Shown here piece after piece: positions 13,657 through 25,292 of a stretch of 64,000 nucleotides of DNA (within the stretch, counting starts at the first letter, position 1; every line of letters starts with the position of its first letter). Position numbers and translations under genes: made by a program. The notes below the pieces were generated by a model. That model did no database searches. It worked only from the letters and a program-made list of their open reading frames with translations, and was not told where the DNA came from. Source of the stretch: Desulfurococcales archaeon (GTDB lineage: Archaea > Thermoproteota > Thermoprotei_A > Sulfolobales > Desulfurococcaceae); the NCBI GenBank assembly GCA_027022365.1, contig JALVYU010000007.1, forward strand, positions 1-64,000, in the 5' to 3' direction.

Positions 13657-15105
13657 GTGAACATTGTGTCCGCTGAAAAATTCCGCCTCGACAAATACGC
13701 TGATTTCCCTAGATGGTACCACACAATACTCAAAGAAGCAAAGATAGTGGACATAAGGTACCCTGTCAAAGGAATGAATGTATGGATGCCTTACGGCCTC
13801 AAAGCCCTGAGGCTGATACAGCGTAAAATGATAGAACTACTCGAATCAACAGGACACGAGGAAGCATATTTCCCAACAATGATTCCCGAATCAGTATTCG
13901 CTAAAGAACGAGAATTCCTCGAGGGATTCGGCGGGGAAACATTTGTCGTCGAAGGCACAATGACGAGGAAGTTCGGGGAAAAACTATACGTTAGACCCAC
14001 GAGCGAAACAGTGATGTACTATATGTGGAACCTCTGGATAAAAGGCCGTAAAGACCTACCGCTCAAAATGTACCAGGTAGTCAACGTGTTCAGATACGAG
14101 ACCAAGATGACACACCCTATACTAAGGGTCAGAGAAATAATGGGTTTCATCGAGGCGCACACCGCACATGCCACGGCCGAAGAGGCAGAACAGCAATTCG
14201 TAGAAGCCGTGAAAATATATAAGGAGTTCTTCGACGATCTCCTAATACCCTACTTCATAGTCAAGACCCCCGAATGGGACACATTCGCGGGCGCTGAATA
14301 CAATTATGACTTCATAACAGTTCTCCCCGACGGGAAAGGATTGGAGCTCGGAAGCGTTATCAATTTAGGTCAGAGATTCGCAAAGGCATTCGACATAAAA
14401 TTCATGGATTCCGACGGCGCATTCAAGTATGTATACCAGACATGTTACGGTATAAGCGAGAGAAGCCTAGGAGCAGTGATAAGCATACATGGGGACGAAA
14501 GAGGTCTGTTCTTCCCTCCGAAATACGCGCCTATACAGGTAATCATAGTCCCTATCATGAAGAAAGAAGAGAAGGAAATACTAGCCTACGCTAGAAAAGT
14601 AGCCGAGCACCTAGCACAAAACGGTATAAGAGTAAAGATAGATGATGACGAAGAACACACGCCGGGATGGAAATACTATTTCTGGGAAATGAAGGGTGTA
14701 CCAACAAGACTAGAAATAGGTAGACGAGAAGCAACAGATAAGACTGTCACAATCGCCCGTAGAGATAAACGGCAGAAAATACAGGTCAAACTAGACGAGC
14801 TATTAGAGAAACTTAGAGAAGTATGGACTAGCATAGAGGAGGAAATGTACAGAAGAGCATTGCATCACTTCGAAAAAATGGTGTATTTTCTAACAGATGA
14901 TAATCTAGACGAGATCGCAGGGAAGAAGGGACTCATCATTGCACCATGGGATGGTAAAAAAGAAACGGCCGAAGAGCTCGAGGAAATAACTGGTAAGGGG
15001 CTCCTCGGAGAAATAATAGAGTCACCGATCAAACTACCTGAACTAAAGAAGAACAAGATATGTCCTGAGCCAAAAATGTATGCACTACTAGGAAACACAT
15101 ACTAG
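13657..15105 (+). CDS. proS: Prolyl-tRNA synthetase (archaeal type)
   Basis: YPVKG, RPTSET, FRYETK...RVRE, QTCYGISER, HGDERGL; anticodon-binding domain; C-terminal Tyr. Confidence 0.97.
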   Translation: MNIVSAEKFRLDKYADFPRWYHTILKEAKIVDIRYPVKGMNVWMPYGLKALRLIQRKMIELLESTGHEEAYFPTMIPESVFAKEREFLEGFGGETFVVEGTMTRKFGEKLYVRPTSETVMYYMWNLWIKGRKDLPLKMYQVVNVFRYETKMTHPILRVREIMGFIEAHTAHATAEEAEQQFVEAVKIYKEFFDDLLIPYFIVKTPEWDTFAGAEYNYDFITVLPDGKGLELGSVINLGQRFAKAFDIKFMDSDGAFKYVYQTCYGISERSLGAVISIHGDERGLFFPPKYAPIQVIIVPIMKKEEKEILAYARKVAEHLAQNGIRVKIDDDEEHTPGWKYYFWEMKGVPTRLEIGRREATDKTVTIARRDKRQKIQVKLDELLEKLREVWTSIEEEMYRRALHHFEKMVYFLTDDNLDEIAGKKGLIIAPWDGKKETAEELEEITGKGLLGEIIESPIKLPELKKNKICPEPKMYALLGNTY

Positions 15106-15207
15106 CAGGAACAGCTTCTTTGTATTTAACCATATTTTATTGTTTTACATTGCTCGCTTCTAAGGATAAGATTTAAGAACAGGCAAAACACATTTCGTTT
15201 AAACCGA

Positions 15208-15459
15208 GTGATAGCCATGAGTGATTACATAAACCAGTTAAAAACTCAATTAATGGCGAAGTTGCCGGAGTACAAGATAATGGTAAAAAGTCCCAGTGTC
15301 TTTGCCCTAGTAAAGGACAATAAGATCTACGCCATAATCAAAGACCAGGGAGACTACGTAATAGTAACCATTGCCGGCAAAGACTACAAGTACGACAAAT
15401 GGTACACAAAACCGGAGCATCTAACAACAGTTCTCGTCAACTATCTGAAGAGTAAGTAA
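15208..15459 (+). CDS. Small hypothetical protein (start probably ATG 15217)
   Basis: 83-aa ORF with upstream TTTAAG TATA-like box and GTGA SD. Confidence 0.7.
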   Translation: MIAMSDYINQLKTQLMAKLPEYKIMVKSPSVFALVKDNKIYAIIKDQGDYVIVTIAGKDYKYDKWYTKPEHLTTVLVNYLKSK

Positions 15460-15513
15460 ATATAGATACAAAATAAAGATGGTAGCGCATATTCTGTTTT
15501 TTATATGTGCTAG

Positions 15514-16197
15514 TCAGCAGTATCCGAGTCGCGTAATCCTAAGAACTGAGTTATAAGGACCCAGTACTTCTCTTAGCCCATCTATACATATCCTTCGAGA
15601 GAAAAACGGAGCATCCACTACAAGGGTCTCGGCTTCTCCTCCTTCAAATGCAGGGTTAAACCCGTATTTTTCAGCTAATTCAATGACTTTATTAACTGTC
15701 TCGTGGTCTCCAATAATCCTTCCCAGGAAGCTATGGGGTAAGCCGTAGGATGATATACTTATTATCATGTATTTTATCCCGGCATCAACGAGTTCATGCA
15801 TGTACCTCTTCTGATCAATTCTCCATAAGGGCGTATACGATTTTAATCCCAATTCCTCGGCGATCATTGAGAAACGCATACGCTGATAATCGCTAAGCAA
15901 AGCCCCTGCAGCGACGCCGCCAATACCGTAACGATCTATTGCCCGTGTCAACGCTCTCCTCAAACCATCTAGCTCTTGCTCAGGCTTAGAGACGCGTTCA
16001 ACGATCAATGGTATTCCGGCAGACTCGGCTTGTAGGCGTAGGATATCCTCTACGGGCTTGTGGTAAAGCATAGAGTCCTCATATTCGGGAACTATTGATA
16101 TAAGACACTCTACCCTAAACCCCTGCAGTAACATCCAGTAAAGGGTGAAACTGCTGTCTTTTCCACCTGTGAAAAGCACGCCGACACTAATGCTCAT
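15514..16197 (-). CDS. dph6: Diphthine--ammonia ligase (PP-loop ATPase)
   Basis: LFTGGKDS, GALLSDYQR, PLW, FEGGEAETLVVDAP. Confidence 0.92.
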   Translation of the reverse strand: MSISVGVLFTGGKDSSFTLYWMLLQGFRVECLISIVPEYEDSMLYHKPVEDILRLQAESAGIPLIVERVSKPEQELDGLRRALTRAIDRYGIGGVAAGALLSDYQRMRFSMIAEELGLKSYTPLWRIDQKRYMHELVDAGIKYMIISISSYGLPHSFLGRIIGDHETVNKVIELAEKYGFNPAFEGGEAETLVVDAPFFSRRICIDGLREVLGPYNSVLRITRLGYC

Positions 16198-16262
16198 GGC
16201 TTTTATCTACCTTCCAACCTATAAACCAGGTAGAACCAGAATTAAAGAATAGTGATGTATTT

Positions 16263-16991
16263 ATGCCTGGCAGTATCAGGGTTAGGATAATTATTGATAG
16301 CAGGCAGGGCAGGAGAAGTGATCTACATAGTGTTCATGGGCTCTCACTCTTCATTGAAGCCTATGATAGATACATATTATTTGACTTGGGGCCTGCGGAC
16401 AAGTATCTGATCGAGAACTCTGAGAGGCTGGGCATACCACTCGATCTCCTCGATACCGCCGTAATATCTCATAGCCACAGCAGTCATGCAGGCGCACTAG
16501 GGGGTCTTGGCTGGGCTTCTCCTTACTTGGACACGTATATACCGTATGATACAATGCAGCACCTAGGCGTTATTGCGAAGAAGAATGGGCTGAGACCAAT
16601 AGAGGTTCTCGACTGGAAAGAGCTATGGCCGTACATATACATCACGCCACCAATATATGGTCCTCCGTGGGAGCATTTCCTCATAATAAGAACCAATAAA
16701 GGGCTCCTCGTGTTCTCCGGATGCACTCATCCAGGGATAGATAAAGTCGTCTCGACACTAAAAGAGAAATTTTCGGAGCAAACCAAACTCTATGGATGGA
16801 TAGGCGGATTTCATCTAAGCAATGCACCGCGTAGCGTGGTCGCTGAAACAGTTGATAAACTTGAGGCGCTTGGACTAGAGCTAGTTGTACCTCTACATTG
16901 CTCGGGCAGGGCGATGAGCGAGTTATTATCTTCCACCAGTATAAGAGTTATAGAGGCCGGGGTTGGAGACACGGTAGATATACCGATATAG
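16263..16991 (+). CDS. MBL-fold metallo-hydrolase
   Basis: HGLSLFIE, FDLG, ISHSHSSHAG, GCTHPG, GGFHL, PLHCSG. Confidence 0.88.
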   Translation: MPGSIRVRIIIDSRQGRRSDLHSVHGLSLFIEAYDRYILFDLGPADKYLIENSERLGIPLDLLDTAVISHSHSSHAGALGGLGWASPYLDTYIPYDTMQHLGVIAKKNGLRPIEVLDWKELWPYIYITPPIYGPPWEHFLIIRTNKGLLVFSGCTHPGIDKVVSTLKEKFSEQTKLYGWIGGFHLSNAPRSVVAETVDKLEALGLELVVPLHCSGRAMSELLSSTSIRVIEAGVGDTVDIPI

Positions 16992-17005
16992 CATGGTGTG
17001 CGGCT

Positions 17006-17590
17006 ATGGAGTACCTAGAAGAAAGAAAGGCAATTGTAGATGTCATGAGAACACTTGTCATGCTCGGTCTCACTAATCCCAAGGGTGGGAACGCAAGTAT
17101 CCGTGTAGGTAATACTGTCTTATTAACGCCCTCGGCTATCCCTAAGCATAAATTGAAACCAGAGGATATTGTCGTATATGATATGCTTACCGGAAAATAT
17201 ACTGGAAAACATCGAGCGTCTATTGAATGTAACGCTCACTTAATGATATATAAAAGTATTAACGAAGCAAGAGCCGTGCTTCACGCCCATACACCGATCT
17301 CATTAGCACTGGTCGATGCAGGCATTGATCTTAATCAAGAGAAGATCGTGGAAACCGAATACAGTATAGGCCGGGTATGTGTTACAGAGGAGGCACCACC
17401 TGGATCACTGGAGCTCGCCGTAAAAGTGGCCCAAGCAGCAAAGAACTGTAGAACTATAATAGTGCCTAGACATGGTGTGTTTGTGTGGGCGAGCAACATA
17501 TATGATGCACTGGACACGATCATATCGCTAGAATCTACTGCAAAATACTATGTTGTTAAAAGGCTTGCCCTGAAAAACCTCTTGGGCTAG
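17006..17590 (+). CDS. Class II aldolase/adducin family protein (fuculose-phosphate aldolase-like)
   Basis: GGNASIR, TPS, ASIE..AH, HAH and RHG motifs; ATG 17006 preceded by GGTG. Confidence 0.88.
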   Translation: MEYLEERKAIVDVMRTLVMLGLTNPKGGNASIRVGNTVLLTPSAIPKHKLKPEDIVVYDMLTGKYTGKHRASIECNAHLMIYKSINEARAVLHAHTPISLALVDAGIDLNQEKIVETEYSIGRVCVTEEAPPGSLELAVKVAQAAKNCRTIIVPRHGVFVWASNIYDALDTIISLESTAKYYVVKRLALKNLLG

Positions 17591-19011
17591 CTCTTCTTTT
17601 TCCTGTATTTAGGATGATACTTCTTAATGTGTTCTTCCTTCACATGTTTCAGCTCGTCCTCGGGTAGTATCGCGAGAAGTTCCCAGCCCAGATCAAGTGT
17701 CTCCTCGATTGTGCGGCGCTCGTATTCTCCCTGGCCTATGAATTCTTTCTCGAACCTGTCAGCGAACTCCAGATACTTCTTGTCACGTGGTGATAGGGCT
17801 TCAGTACCAACGACTACCGCTAGTTCTCTCAGCTTAACGCCTTCGGCGTAGGCGCTGTACAGCTGCATAAATACTCCTCTATGGTCTTCCCTCGTCTTTC
17901 CTTCGCCTATACCGTCCTTCATAAGACGTGAAAGGCTCATCAATATATCGAAAGGCGGATAGATACCCTTCAACCACAGCTGTCTAGATAACACTAGCTG
18001 GCCCTCCGTGATATAGCCTGTAAGGTCTGGTATGGGGTGTGTGATGTCGTCGTCGGGCATTGTCAGTATAGGCATTTGTGTAACACTGCCCTTCTTCCCG
18101 GCCACCCTACCGGCTCTCTCATAAATCGTTGCTAGGTCGGTGTACATGTATCCCGGATAGCCTCTCCTGCTCGGCACCTCTTCTCTCGCTGCGCTGAGCT
18201 CTCTGAGTGCTTCACAATAGTTGGTCATGTCTGTCAGTATTGCCAGTACATGCATATCGTGATTCCACGCCAAGTACTCGGCTGCTGTGAGAGCGACGCG
18301 GGGCACCGCTATTCTCTCGATCACAGGCGAGTCCGCCGTGTTAATGAACGCTACGGTGTTCTCTAGTGCACCGTAGCGTTTGAAGTTCTCGATAAAGAAC
18401 ATTGCATCGTCATAGCTAACGCCTATAGCTGCAAACACTATTGCGAACTTCTCTTCCTTGCCACGAACCCTTGCCTGCCTCACGATCTGAGCCGCTATCC
18501 TGTTGTGGGGCAGGCCCGAGCCGCTGAATATGGGTAGTTTCTGGCCTCTGACTAGGCTGTTCAGCCCATCAATAGCCGAGATCCCTGTCTCGATGAACTC
18601 GCTTGGCGGGAGCCTTGAGGCAGGGTTGAGGGGTGAGCCATTAATATCTTGGTAGTCCTCGGGCACAATTGGGGGGCCGCCATCGATCGGTCTTCCTAAT
18701 CCATCAAATATTCTTCCAAGCATGTCTATACCTACTGGTAGTTTGAGTGCTTCTCCTCGGTATCTTATCCTTGAATAGTGCATGTCTACCTCGCTTACAC
18801 CGCCGAAAACCTGGATTACAACCGCGTCTTTCCCGACATCTATTACTTGTCCGAGCCTTGTATCACCGGTTCCTAGCAGTACTTCGACTACTTCTCCGTA
18901 GCTAACGCCTTTCATGGGCTCCGCTATTATTAGGCTTCCCTGAGCCTTATAGAGGCCTGGGGATTCCCTGATAGCTAGGGATGGGCTAGGCATATACGTG
19001 CACCTCCTCAA
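17587..19011 (-). CDS. atpB: A/V-type ATP synthase subunit B
   Basis: [50 protein letters not shown]. Confidence 0.97.
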   Translation of the reverse strand: MRRCTYMPSPSLAIRESPGLYKAQGSLIIAEPMKGVSYGEVVEVLLGTGDTRLGQVIDVGKDAVVIQVFGGVSEVDMHYSRIRYRGEALKLPVGIDMLGRIFDGLGRPIDGGPPIVPEDYQDINGSPLNPASRLPPSEFIETGISAIDGLNSLVRGQKLPIFSGSGLPHNRIAAQIVRQARVRGKEEKFAIVFAAIGVSYDDAMFFIENFKRYGALENTVAFINTADSPVIERIAVPRVALTAAEYLAWNHDMHVLAILTDMTNYCEALRELSAAREEVPSRRGYPGYMYTDLATIYERAGRVAGKKGSVTQMPILTMPDDDITHPIPDLTGYITEGQLVLSRQLWLKGIYPPFDILMSLSRLMKDGIGEGKTREDHRGVFMQLYSAYAEGVKLRELAVVVGTEALSPRDKKYLEFADRFEKEFIGQGEYERRTIEETLDLGWELLAILPEDELKHVKEEHIKKYHPKYRKKKS

Positions 19012-20758
19012 TTAGCTTGGAGTACTCGTCGCGTATGAACTTGTATAGTTCTTCAAAGTAGGGCTCAAAGCCCTTGTTGGGGATCTCTTTCATTCTAGCT
19101 ATTCTTGCCCTTGACTTCATCTCTCTGATCTTCTCCACTGTTACGCCTCTCTGTATGGCCTCTAATCCTAGGTCGTAGAACAACAATATAGCCCTCATCA
19201 TCATAGAGGCTTTCCTCGGCGGGCAATACGTGTCGATCTCGTGGAAAGCGTTCTGCTGTAAGAAGTCCTCCCTGATCATACGTGCTACTTCAAGGACTAA
19301 CTTGTCTTCCTCGGGCAGAGCCTCAGCACCCACTAGCCTAACAAGTTCTTCTAGCTCGGCTTCTTTCTGTAGAATCGCTAACGCCTTTTCCCTGAGGCTT
19401 CTCCACTCAGGATCAATATTCTTGTGCCACCAGCTGGTTACATTGTCGACGTAGAGGCTATAGCTTGTCAGCCAATTAATTGCTGGGTAGTGTCTCCTAT
19501 AAGCCAAGTTGACGTCGAGAGCATATAACGCTCTAACTATTCTGAGCGTAGATTGTGTTACTGGCTCGCTGAAGTCGGCGCCGGGGGGCGATACAGCACC
19601 AATAATCGTCAGGCTTCCCCTACGTTCGGGTTTGCCGAGGGTGACAACGTGACCGCTGCGCTCATAGAAGCTGGCAAGCCTTGAACCCAGGTAGGCTGGG
19701 TACCCCTCCTCGCCGGGCAGCTCCTCGAGGCGACCGCTGATCTCTCTCATCGCCTCAGCCCATCTGCTTGTAGAGTCTGCAACCATTAGTATGTGGTATC
19801 CCATGTCTCTGAAGTACTCGCCTATTGTCGCCCCCAGGAATATGCTTGTCTCTCTAGCTGCTACAGGCATGTTGCTGGTGTTAGCAATGAACACGCTTCT
19901 TTCCACTAGCGGTTTACCCGTCCTTGGATCTACTAGTTTGCGGAAGCTATGCAAAGCATCCGCCATCTCGTTACCGCGTTCTCCGCATCCGACATATATG
20001 GCTATGTCTACGTGGCTCCACTTCGTGAGCTGTTGGAGGGTAACGGTTTTACCTGTACCGAAGCCTCCCGGTATAGCGGCCTTTCCTCCTTTGGCGAGCG
20101 GGAAGAAGAAGTCGATGACTCTCTGCCCCGTTATGAGCGGCTCAGTGGGTTCAAGCTTCTCTTTGTACGGTCTTGGCTTCCTTACTGGCCATTTCTGAAG
20201 CATAACTAATTCTTTTCCATCGATGCGCGCAATGGGATCAGTTATTGTATAGTCGCCCTCCGGCACGATATCCTCGATCACTCCGTGAACGTTCGGGGGT
20301 GCCATGATATAGTGTTTCACAGTCTCTGTTTCCTGCACATAACCTATGTAATCATTAGGTTCTATCTTGTCCCCTTTTCTCACAAGGGGTATGAAATGCC
20401 ACTTCTTGTCTCTTGGAAGCGGAGCGGCCTTAACACCTTTTTTTATAAAGAACCCGACGAGCTCCTCAAGGATAGGGAGGGGCCTCTGTATACCATCATA
20501 GATAGAACCTATGAGGCCCGGACCCAGCTCAGCAGCGAGAGGATATCCGGTGCCAACTACGTTATCTCCTACCCTAAGGCCGGTCGTATCCTCGTACACC
20601 TGGATGATAGCCTTATCTCCTTCAACACCAATAATTTCTCCGATCAGTCTCTCAGGACCTACTTCCACTACTTCGTATACCTTTGACCCCCTCATATTCT
20701 CAGCGATCACAAGGGGGCCTGAAACCCTGTATACACGTCCTCTTACAACCATACGCAA
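18986..20758 (-). CDS. atpA: A/V-type ATP synthase subunit A (no intein)
   Basis: P-loop [35 protein letters not shown]; 590 aa. Confidence 0.97.
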   Translation of the reverse strand: MRMVVRGRVYRVSGPLVIAENMRGSKVYEVVEVGPERLIGEIIGVEGDKAIIQVYEDTTGLRVGDNVVGTGYPLAAELGPGLIGSIYDGIQRPLPILEELVGFFIKKGVKAAPLPRDKKWHFIPLVRKGDKIEPNDYIGYVQETETVKHYIMAPPNVHGVIEDIVPEGDYTITDPIARIDGKELVMLQKWPVRKPRPYKEKLEPTEPLITGQRVIDFFFPLAKGGKAAIPGGFGTGKTVTLQQLTKWSHVDIAIYVGCGERGNEMADALHSFRKLVDPRTGKPLVERSVFIANTSNMPVAARETSIFLGATIGEYFRDMGYHILMVADSTSRWAEAMREISGRLEELPGEEGYPAYLGSRLASFYERSGHVVTLGKPERRGSLTIIGAVSPPGADFSEPVTQSTLRIVRALYALDVNLAYRRHYPAINWLTSYSLYVDNVTSWWHKNIDPEWRSLREKALAILQKEAELEELVRLVGAEALPEEDKLVLEVARMIREDFLQQNAFHEIDTYCPPRKASMMMRAILLFYDLGLEAIQRGVTVEKIREMKSRARIARMKEIPNKGFEPYFEELYKFIRDEYSKLIEEVHVYA

Positions 20759-20816
20759 TCACTCCTTAAACATGTGTGTAAGCATTATGTAGCGGGAGAT
20801 TCAGCCCCTGTAAAAA

Positions 20817-21161
20817 CTATATGGATATTTTTAAGCCTATGTATTTTCTTATCATTTCCTCATAGTACTTCTTAGGATCTATCTCGGCTAGTACCTTGGG
20901 TGTTTCCACAGTTATGAACAAGACATCATTGTATCTCTCTTTTAGCTGCTCAAATACATTGTGACATTTCTCATCAGCTGTCCGCGACAATATTACAACG
21001 CCATATTCTCCGTGGTTTTTCGATACGAGCTCCTCTATTTCTCCGCATTTCCCTGTGAATTCGAGGTAATCGGTGCCGGCCGCAGCACCGATCAGGCAGA
21101 GGAAAGGATCACCTATTACAAGCACTTTTCTTTCTCTCGGCGTCGTCATAGCAGCCACCAT
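20817..21161 (-). CDS. atpF: A/V-type ATP synthase subunit F
   Basis: KVLVIGD N-terminus and IRKYIG C-terminus; located before atpA. Confidence 0.8.
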   Translation of the reverse strand: MVAAMTTPRERKVLVIGDPFLCLIGAAAGTDYLEFTGKCGEIEELVSKNHGEYGVVILSRTADEKCHNVFEQLKERYNDVLFITVETPKVLAEIDPKKYYEEMIRKYIGLKISI

Positions 21162-22120
21162 TCATCAATGATTTCTTTAAGTTCCGATACGAGAGTACCT
21201 GCTTCTATTGAGGCAAGCACCGCTCGTACCAGCATAGACTCGCCCACGAATAGGACGTATGTTTTAGCAATAGCTTCTTGGAGACCCGCGGCGGTTGTTT
21301 TTGATGCAATGTTCGAAACATATAGGGTTACCGCGAGATCGTATGGAATCATTGATCTGTCGAGTCTCTTCATATCGTTCAGTATCTCTGCAAAACCGCT
21401 TATGATAGGATTCGATGATCTAATCATAGTTATGAGATTATCGATGTCCTTAGTTGCCGAGCAAGCATTTGTGAACTCATCTCTTGTGACTACGTAGAGG
21501 GATGGCAGGGTCTCCGGCGTTCTCTCCAATATACTACAAGTCTTAAGTAGCAAGAGATCATGATATAACCCGTATAGCGTACGCACCAACTTATTCTGTA
21601 TATCTGTTTTTATCAGCGAGAAACCATATGGTATTGCGGAGTATCCGCCACCAGTTTTATCTGCAATCATTGATGCATAAGAGTGTAGTTCTTGCGGGAG
21701 ATTCTCAATGAATTCATTTATGTCTCTTACTTGCTCAATATCAAGAGCTGATGTTTTTCCCACAGGATATATAGGCTCCGGTTTCAGCCCCTTCATCACG
21801 TAACCGATCATGACGGCGATGTTGATTATGTCGAATAACTCGTTGAAAGCATCAATAATGGAGGAATTCTTTTCACTAATTTTCCTCAACAATGCTATAC
21901 GATCATTGTTAAGAATGCTTATTTCTCTGGAGAGTTTCCGGAGCTCTTTTTTCCCTGTTTTAATTGATTCGTAAAGCCTTAGTCCTATAGGCTTATTACC
22001 TATGATCTTGACTGCATCGCTCACTGTCTTTTGGGAAAGCATTTCATCTAGTTCTTTTCTCGTGGCAATCGTGCTGAGCATGTTTTTGATCCGTGAGTAC
22101 TGGTAATAGTTGTCGTGCAA
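21146..22120 (-). CDS. atpC: A/V-type ATP synthase subunit C (divergent)
   Basis: 324-aa helical protein between E and F; Y..SRIK...LS N-terminus. Confidence 0.7.
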   Translation of the reverse strand: MHDNYYQYSRIKNMLSTIATRKELDEMLSQKTVSDAVKIIGNKPIGLRLYESIKTGKKELRKLSREISILNNDRIALLRKISEKNSSIIDAFNELFDIINIAVMIGYVMKGLKPEPIYPVGKTSALDIEQVRDINEFIENLPQELHSYASMIADKTGGGYSAIPYGFSLIKTDIQNKLVRTLYGLYHDLLLLKTCSILERTPETLPSLYVVTRDEFTNACSATKDIDNLITMIRSSNPIISGFAEILNDMKRLDRSMIPYDLAVTLYVSNIASKTTAAGLQEAIAKTYVLFVGESMLVRAVLASIEAGTLVSELKEIIDEWWLL

Positions 22121-22129
22121 GCTTATGCA

Positions 22130-22723
22130 TCAACCCCATAGGATCCTTGCAATAACTGGTACCAATGTTGTCTTGGCTCGTTCGAGCCTAACATCGTAGG
22201 AATTATTGACTACCTTACCATCTTTTGTCTCAACTATTACTCCGCCCAAGATACTGTTATTTATGAGTATATCGGCTTTGAGATTCTGAGAACGAGCAAC
22301 TCTATTGGCTATATCGAGATCTTTCTCATTAACAATGATCTTTGCGATCTCGTTGGGCTCGATATACTCGTAGGTTTCCTTCAACAGTTTCTCTATTGAC
22401 TGGTATATGTCGAAGCCTTTGCGCTCATTAATAACTTCTCTCGCCTTATTGAAAACCTCTTCAATTAATTCATATTTGGCCTTGCTCACAATGATTCTTG
22501 CCTGTCTCCTTGCATCAGAAAGCACTATGTGTGCCTGAATCCTGGCGTTTTGGATAATCTTTTCTCTCTCACGCCTCACTCTCTCTTGGAATTTCCTTTC
22601 AGCCTCTCTTATTATTTCATTAGCCTTCTTTTTCGCTTCACTGATAATTCTCTCTGCCTCCTTCCTCGCATCCTCAATGATCTTGTTTCTAAGCTCGTCA
22701 AGCCCTGTAGTCTCTATGGCCAC
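22130..22723 (-). CDS. atpE: A/V-type ATP synthase subunit E
   Basis: N-terminal coiled coil; ILGGVIVETKDGKVVNNSYDVRLE. Confidence 0.92.
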   Translation of the reverse strand: MAIETTGLDELRNKIIEDARKEAERIISEAKKKANEIIREAERKFQERVRREREKIIQNARIQAHIVLSDARRQARIIVSKAKYELIEEVFNKAREVINERKGFDIYQSIEKLLKETYEYIEPNEIAKIIVNEKDLDIANRVARSQNLKADILINNSILGGVIVETKDGKVVNNSYDVRLERAKTTLVPVIARILWG

Positions 22724-22735
22724 TATGGGGGCACC

Positions 22736-23203
22736 TCAGCCTATAAGTGATAGTCCCATGAGTCCGAATACCATACCTAGAATGCCCATCAACTCAACAT
22801 ATACTGCTAGGATTAGTGCATTGAACGTTATTCTGCCCTTGGTTCTCGGCAGCTCCGCTATTCCCGATGCACATATTACTCCCTGGAACCATGCTGAGAA
22901 CAGCTCGGCTCCAGCAACAGCGAGGCCGAGGCCAAGGATCGCTAGTCCTGTGGAGAGGGTCAGAGTTGATATGTGGCCTTTAACAAAGTTGACGAACTGT
23001 ATCAATACTATTAGCCCATAGAATGTCTGGGTCATCGGGAGCGCTGCGAGCAAGAATACGTTTCTAAACTGTCTCGGATCCTCGGCGAGAGTCGCGGTGC
23101 CAGCGGCTCCGGCTTTCCCTATTCCTATCGATGAGCCCACTAGGCCGCCGAGTAGCGCTAATGCTGCTCCCGCATAAGCAAGGCCTAGTGCTAGAACGTC
23201 CAT
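22736..23203 (-). CDS. atpK: A/V-type ATP synthase proteolipid subunit K/c (duplicated, 4 TM)
   Basis: GSSIGIG, LPMTQTFYG, SAWFQG, VYVELMGILG; ATG 23203 preceded by GAGGT. Confidence 0.93.
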   Translation of the reverse strand: MDVLALGLAYAGAALALLGGLVGSSIGIGKAGAAGTATLAEDPRQFRNVFLLAALPMTQTFYGLIVLIQFVNFVKGHISTLTLSTGLAILGLGLAVAGAELFSAWFQGVICASGIAELPRTKGRITFNALILAVYVELMGILGMVFGLMGLSLIG

Positions 23204-23324
23204 ATTATATGACCTCACATGCAAATCGTGATAGGTGTAGTCGAAATAATGTATTCAGACAGTAGAGGTAGAAAAACTTAGCTTTTTTGGGCTGAATTCA
23301 ATAAATTGTATGTGTTCATACACA

Positions 23325-25292
23325 CTACTCTATAACCACACGTTTTCTAAGCACTATCTTCATAGGTTCGAACGGGTAGCCTGTGCCTTCATAGAATTTG
23401 CTGAGAAATTCTACGAAACATAGACGTATTGAGTGAATAAAGCCTCCCAGCGCCGACAGGGCGGTGTTCAGTATGTGGCCGAAAGCAGCGATCATGAGGG
23501 CAACTATCCCTCCCACAATTAGACCTACTAACGAAGGTAGCGAAGACTGTATCCCCCCGAGGGCCATTTGTGCCAATAGGTTGAAGCTCGAGGCCAGATA
23601 TAGTGTTGCCAATCCTACTCCAGCCAATCTACTATAGCTTAGTACGTCTCCGAGTAGTCCCGTAATGCTGAACAACCACATCAGGAGGCCTAGTCCCCCC
23701 AAGTTCTTGATCGTCCCTATAACGATCAGCGCTATGCCTACGAACGCTCCATACAACAGGTAGTTGTATATATATGGCGGTATCCCGGGTATCGGTGTGT
23801 TGAGTACTTTGTACACTATGTATGGTATGCCGAAGGCCTCCCCTATGAAGAGCCCTATTTCGTTCAGTGCATCGCCGATTTGACGATGTTTAATGGCTTT
23901 AGCCAGTGTTATGGCGTGGGCTAAATTTACATGAATAAGCCCGATAATTATCGCTAATGCAAGGAATTTTAATGGATCAATAAAGATGTCGGTGAACTGG
24001 AACCCTAGACCGAATATCTTTAAAGTATTGCCGAAGAAAGAGCCGCCAAGGGCGCCAATAACAAAGCCTACAATACTTGATACTATTATAGAGTTTTTGA
24101 AGTAGACGTAGTCCTTGTTTTCGGGATCATTAGTGAACTTATCAAGAATATATAGTGCTGCTAATATAATCGCTATAGCGTAACCCATATCGCCAAGCAT
24201 TATTCCGAAGAATAGTGCAAAAGAGTAAGCTATTATAGGTGTAGGGTCCCACTCCCTATAATCTGGTACCCCCAAGAATTTGACTATGGGTTCAAACCAC
24301 CTGATTATCCTCGGGTTATCGAGCATTGTTGGTGGCTGCTCGTGTTCCCCGGGTTCCCTGAACTCCACGTATGCTGCGATATTGTTTTTCCTAAAGGTAT
24401 CGAGCAGTTTTTGCTTGTATTTTACTGGAACCCAGCCTCTCAATATGGTCATGTACTTTGTGCTGAGAGACTTGATCAGGGCTTCGAGCCTTTCTATTAT
24501 GTTCTCGAGAACGACCTTATACTTGGCCAAGTATTCGCCGTTTTCCTCGATGATCTTGTCTATCTCTTCTTTGAGCTCGTTTATTCTACTCTCGGCTTCG
24601 CCTGCAAGTCTGCTTAGCTTATTGATCAGATCCTTTACTGTTCTAGTGTTGTCGCGTATATACTTTGATAGAGATAAATAGGATAAGCCATAGTTTAGCG
24701 CGATATCTCTGGTTTTATGGTAGACGGTTTTCTTTACAACACAGTTAACTATGCCTAGCCCCTCACGGCTTATCTTGAGCAACACTATTGGCTTGGCGTC
24801 GGATATGAATTGCTCAACGGATTCGGTTCTGCCGTAATATGTTGATGCTATGTAGTGTTTACCCTCGTACTGCAGGTTATTGACCAGGTAATCCTGTGGT
24901 AGTAAAGAAAGTATTCTTAGATATTCTTTGACTTCATCGAGTCTTGTAAGCTCTGATCTCAGGTTGTCCTCGAGCACCTGTATCTCAGTATAGATCTTGT
25001 TTACGTCGGAGTATATCTTAGAAATACTTAGGTCCTCGATATCCATGGGTGTTAGATTTACAAGGTATACTTTTCCACGTTTACGGCTAAGTATAGAATC
25101 TATGATCTCGAGCGCATGCCGGGCCTCTTCGTATTCCTTCAAGTATTTCTCGATCTCTTTCTCCGAGGCCTTGGTTATCTGTATTACTCCTATGCTCTGT
25201 AATAGCTTGATGGTGTCTCTCAGCTGGTTCTTAGGGACTATGATCTCTGCTTTCAGCATTTTCACTGGTTTATTGAGGACAATAGGTAACAT
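23325..25292 (-). CDS. atpI: A/V-type ATP synthase subunit I (a)
   Basis: PPTML.NP, DPTP, FGIMLGDMGY, DVLSYSRL, HSIRLCFVEF..KFYEG.G.PF.P. Confidence 0.96.
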   Translation of the reverse strand: MLPIVLNKPVKMLKAEIIVPKNQLRDTIKLLQSIGVIQITKASEKEIEKYLKEYEEARHALEIIDSILSRKRGKVYLVNLTPMDIEDLSISKIYSDVNKIYTEIQVLEDNLRSELTRLDEVKEYLRILSLLPQDYLVNNLQYEGKHYIASTYYGRTESVEQFISDAKPIVLLKISREGLGIVNCVVKKTVYHKTRDIALNYGLSYLSLSKYIRDNTRTVKDLINKLSRLAGEAESRINELKEEIDKIIEENGEYLAKYKVVLENIIERLEALIKSLSTKYMTILRGWVPVKYKQKLLDTFRKNNIAAYVEFREPGEHEQPPTMLDNPRIIRWFEPIVKFLGVPDYREWDPTPIIAYSFALFFGIMLGDMGYAIAIILAALYILDKFTNDPENKDYVYFKNSIIVSSIVGFVIGALGGSFFGNTLKIFGLGFQFTDIFIDPLKFLALAIIIGLIHVNLAHAITLAKAIKHRQIGDALNEIGLFIGEAFGIPYIVYKVLNTPIPGIPPYIYNYLLYGAFVGIALIVIGTIKNLGGLGLLMWLFSITGLLGDVLSYSRLAGVGLATLYLASSFNLLAQMALGGIQSSLPSLVGLIVGGIVALMIAAFGHILNTALSALGGFIHSIRLCFVEFLSKFYEGTGYPFEPMKIVLRKRVVIE

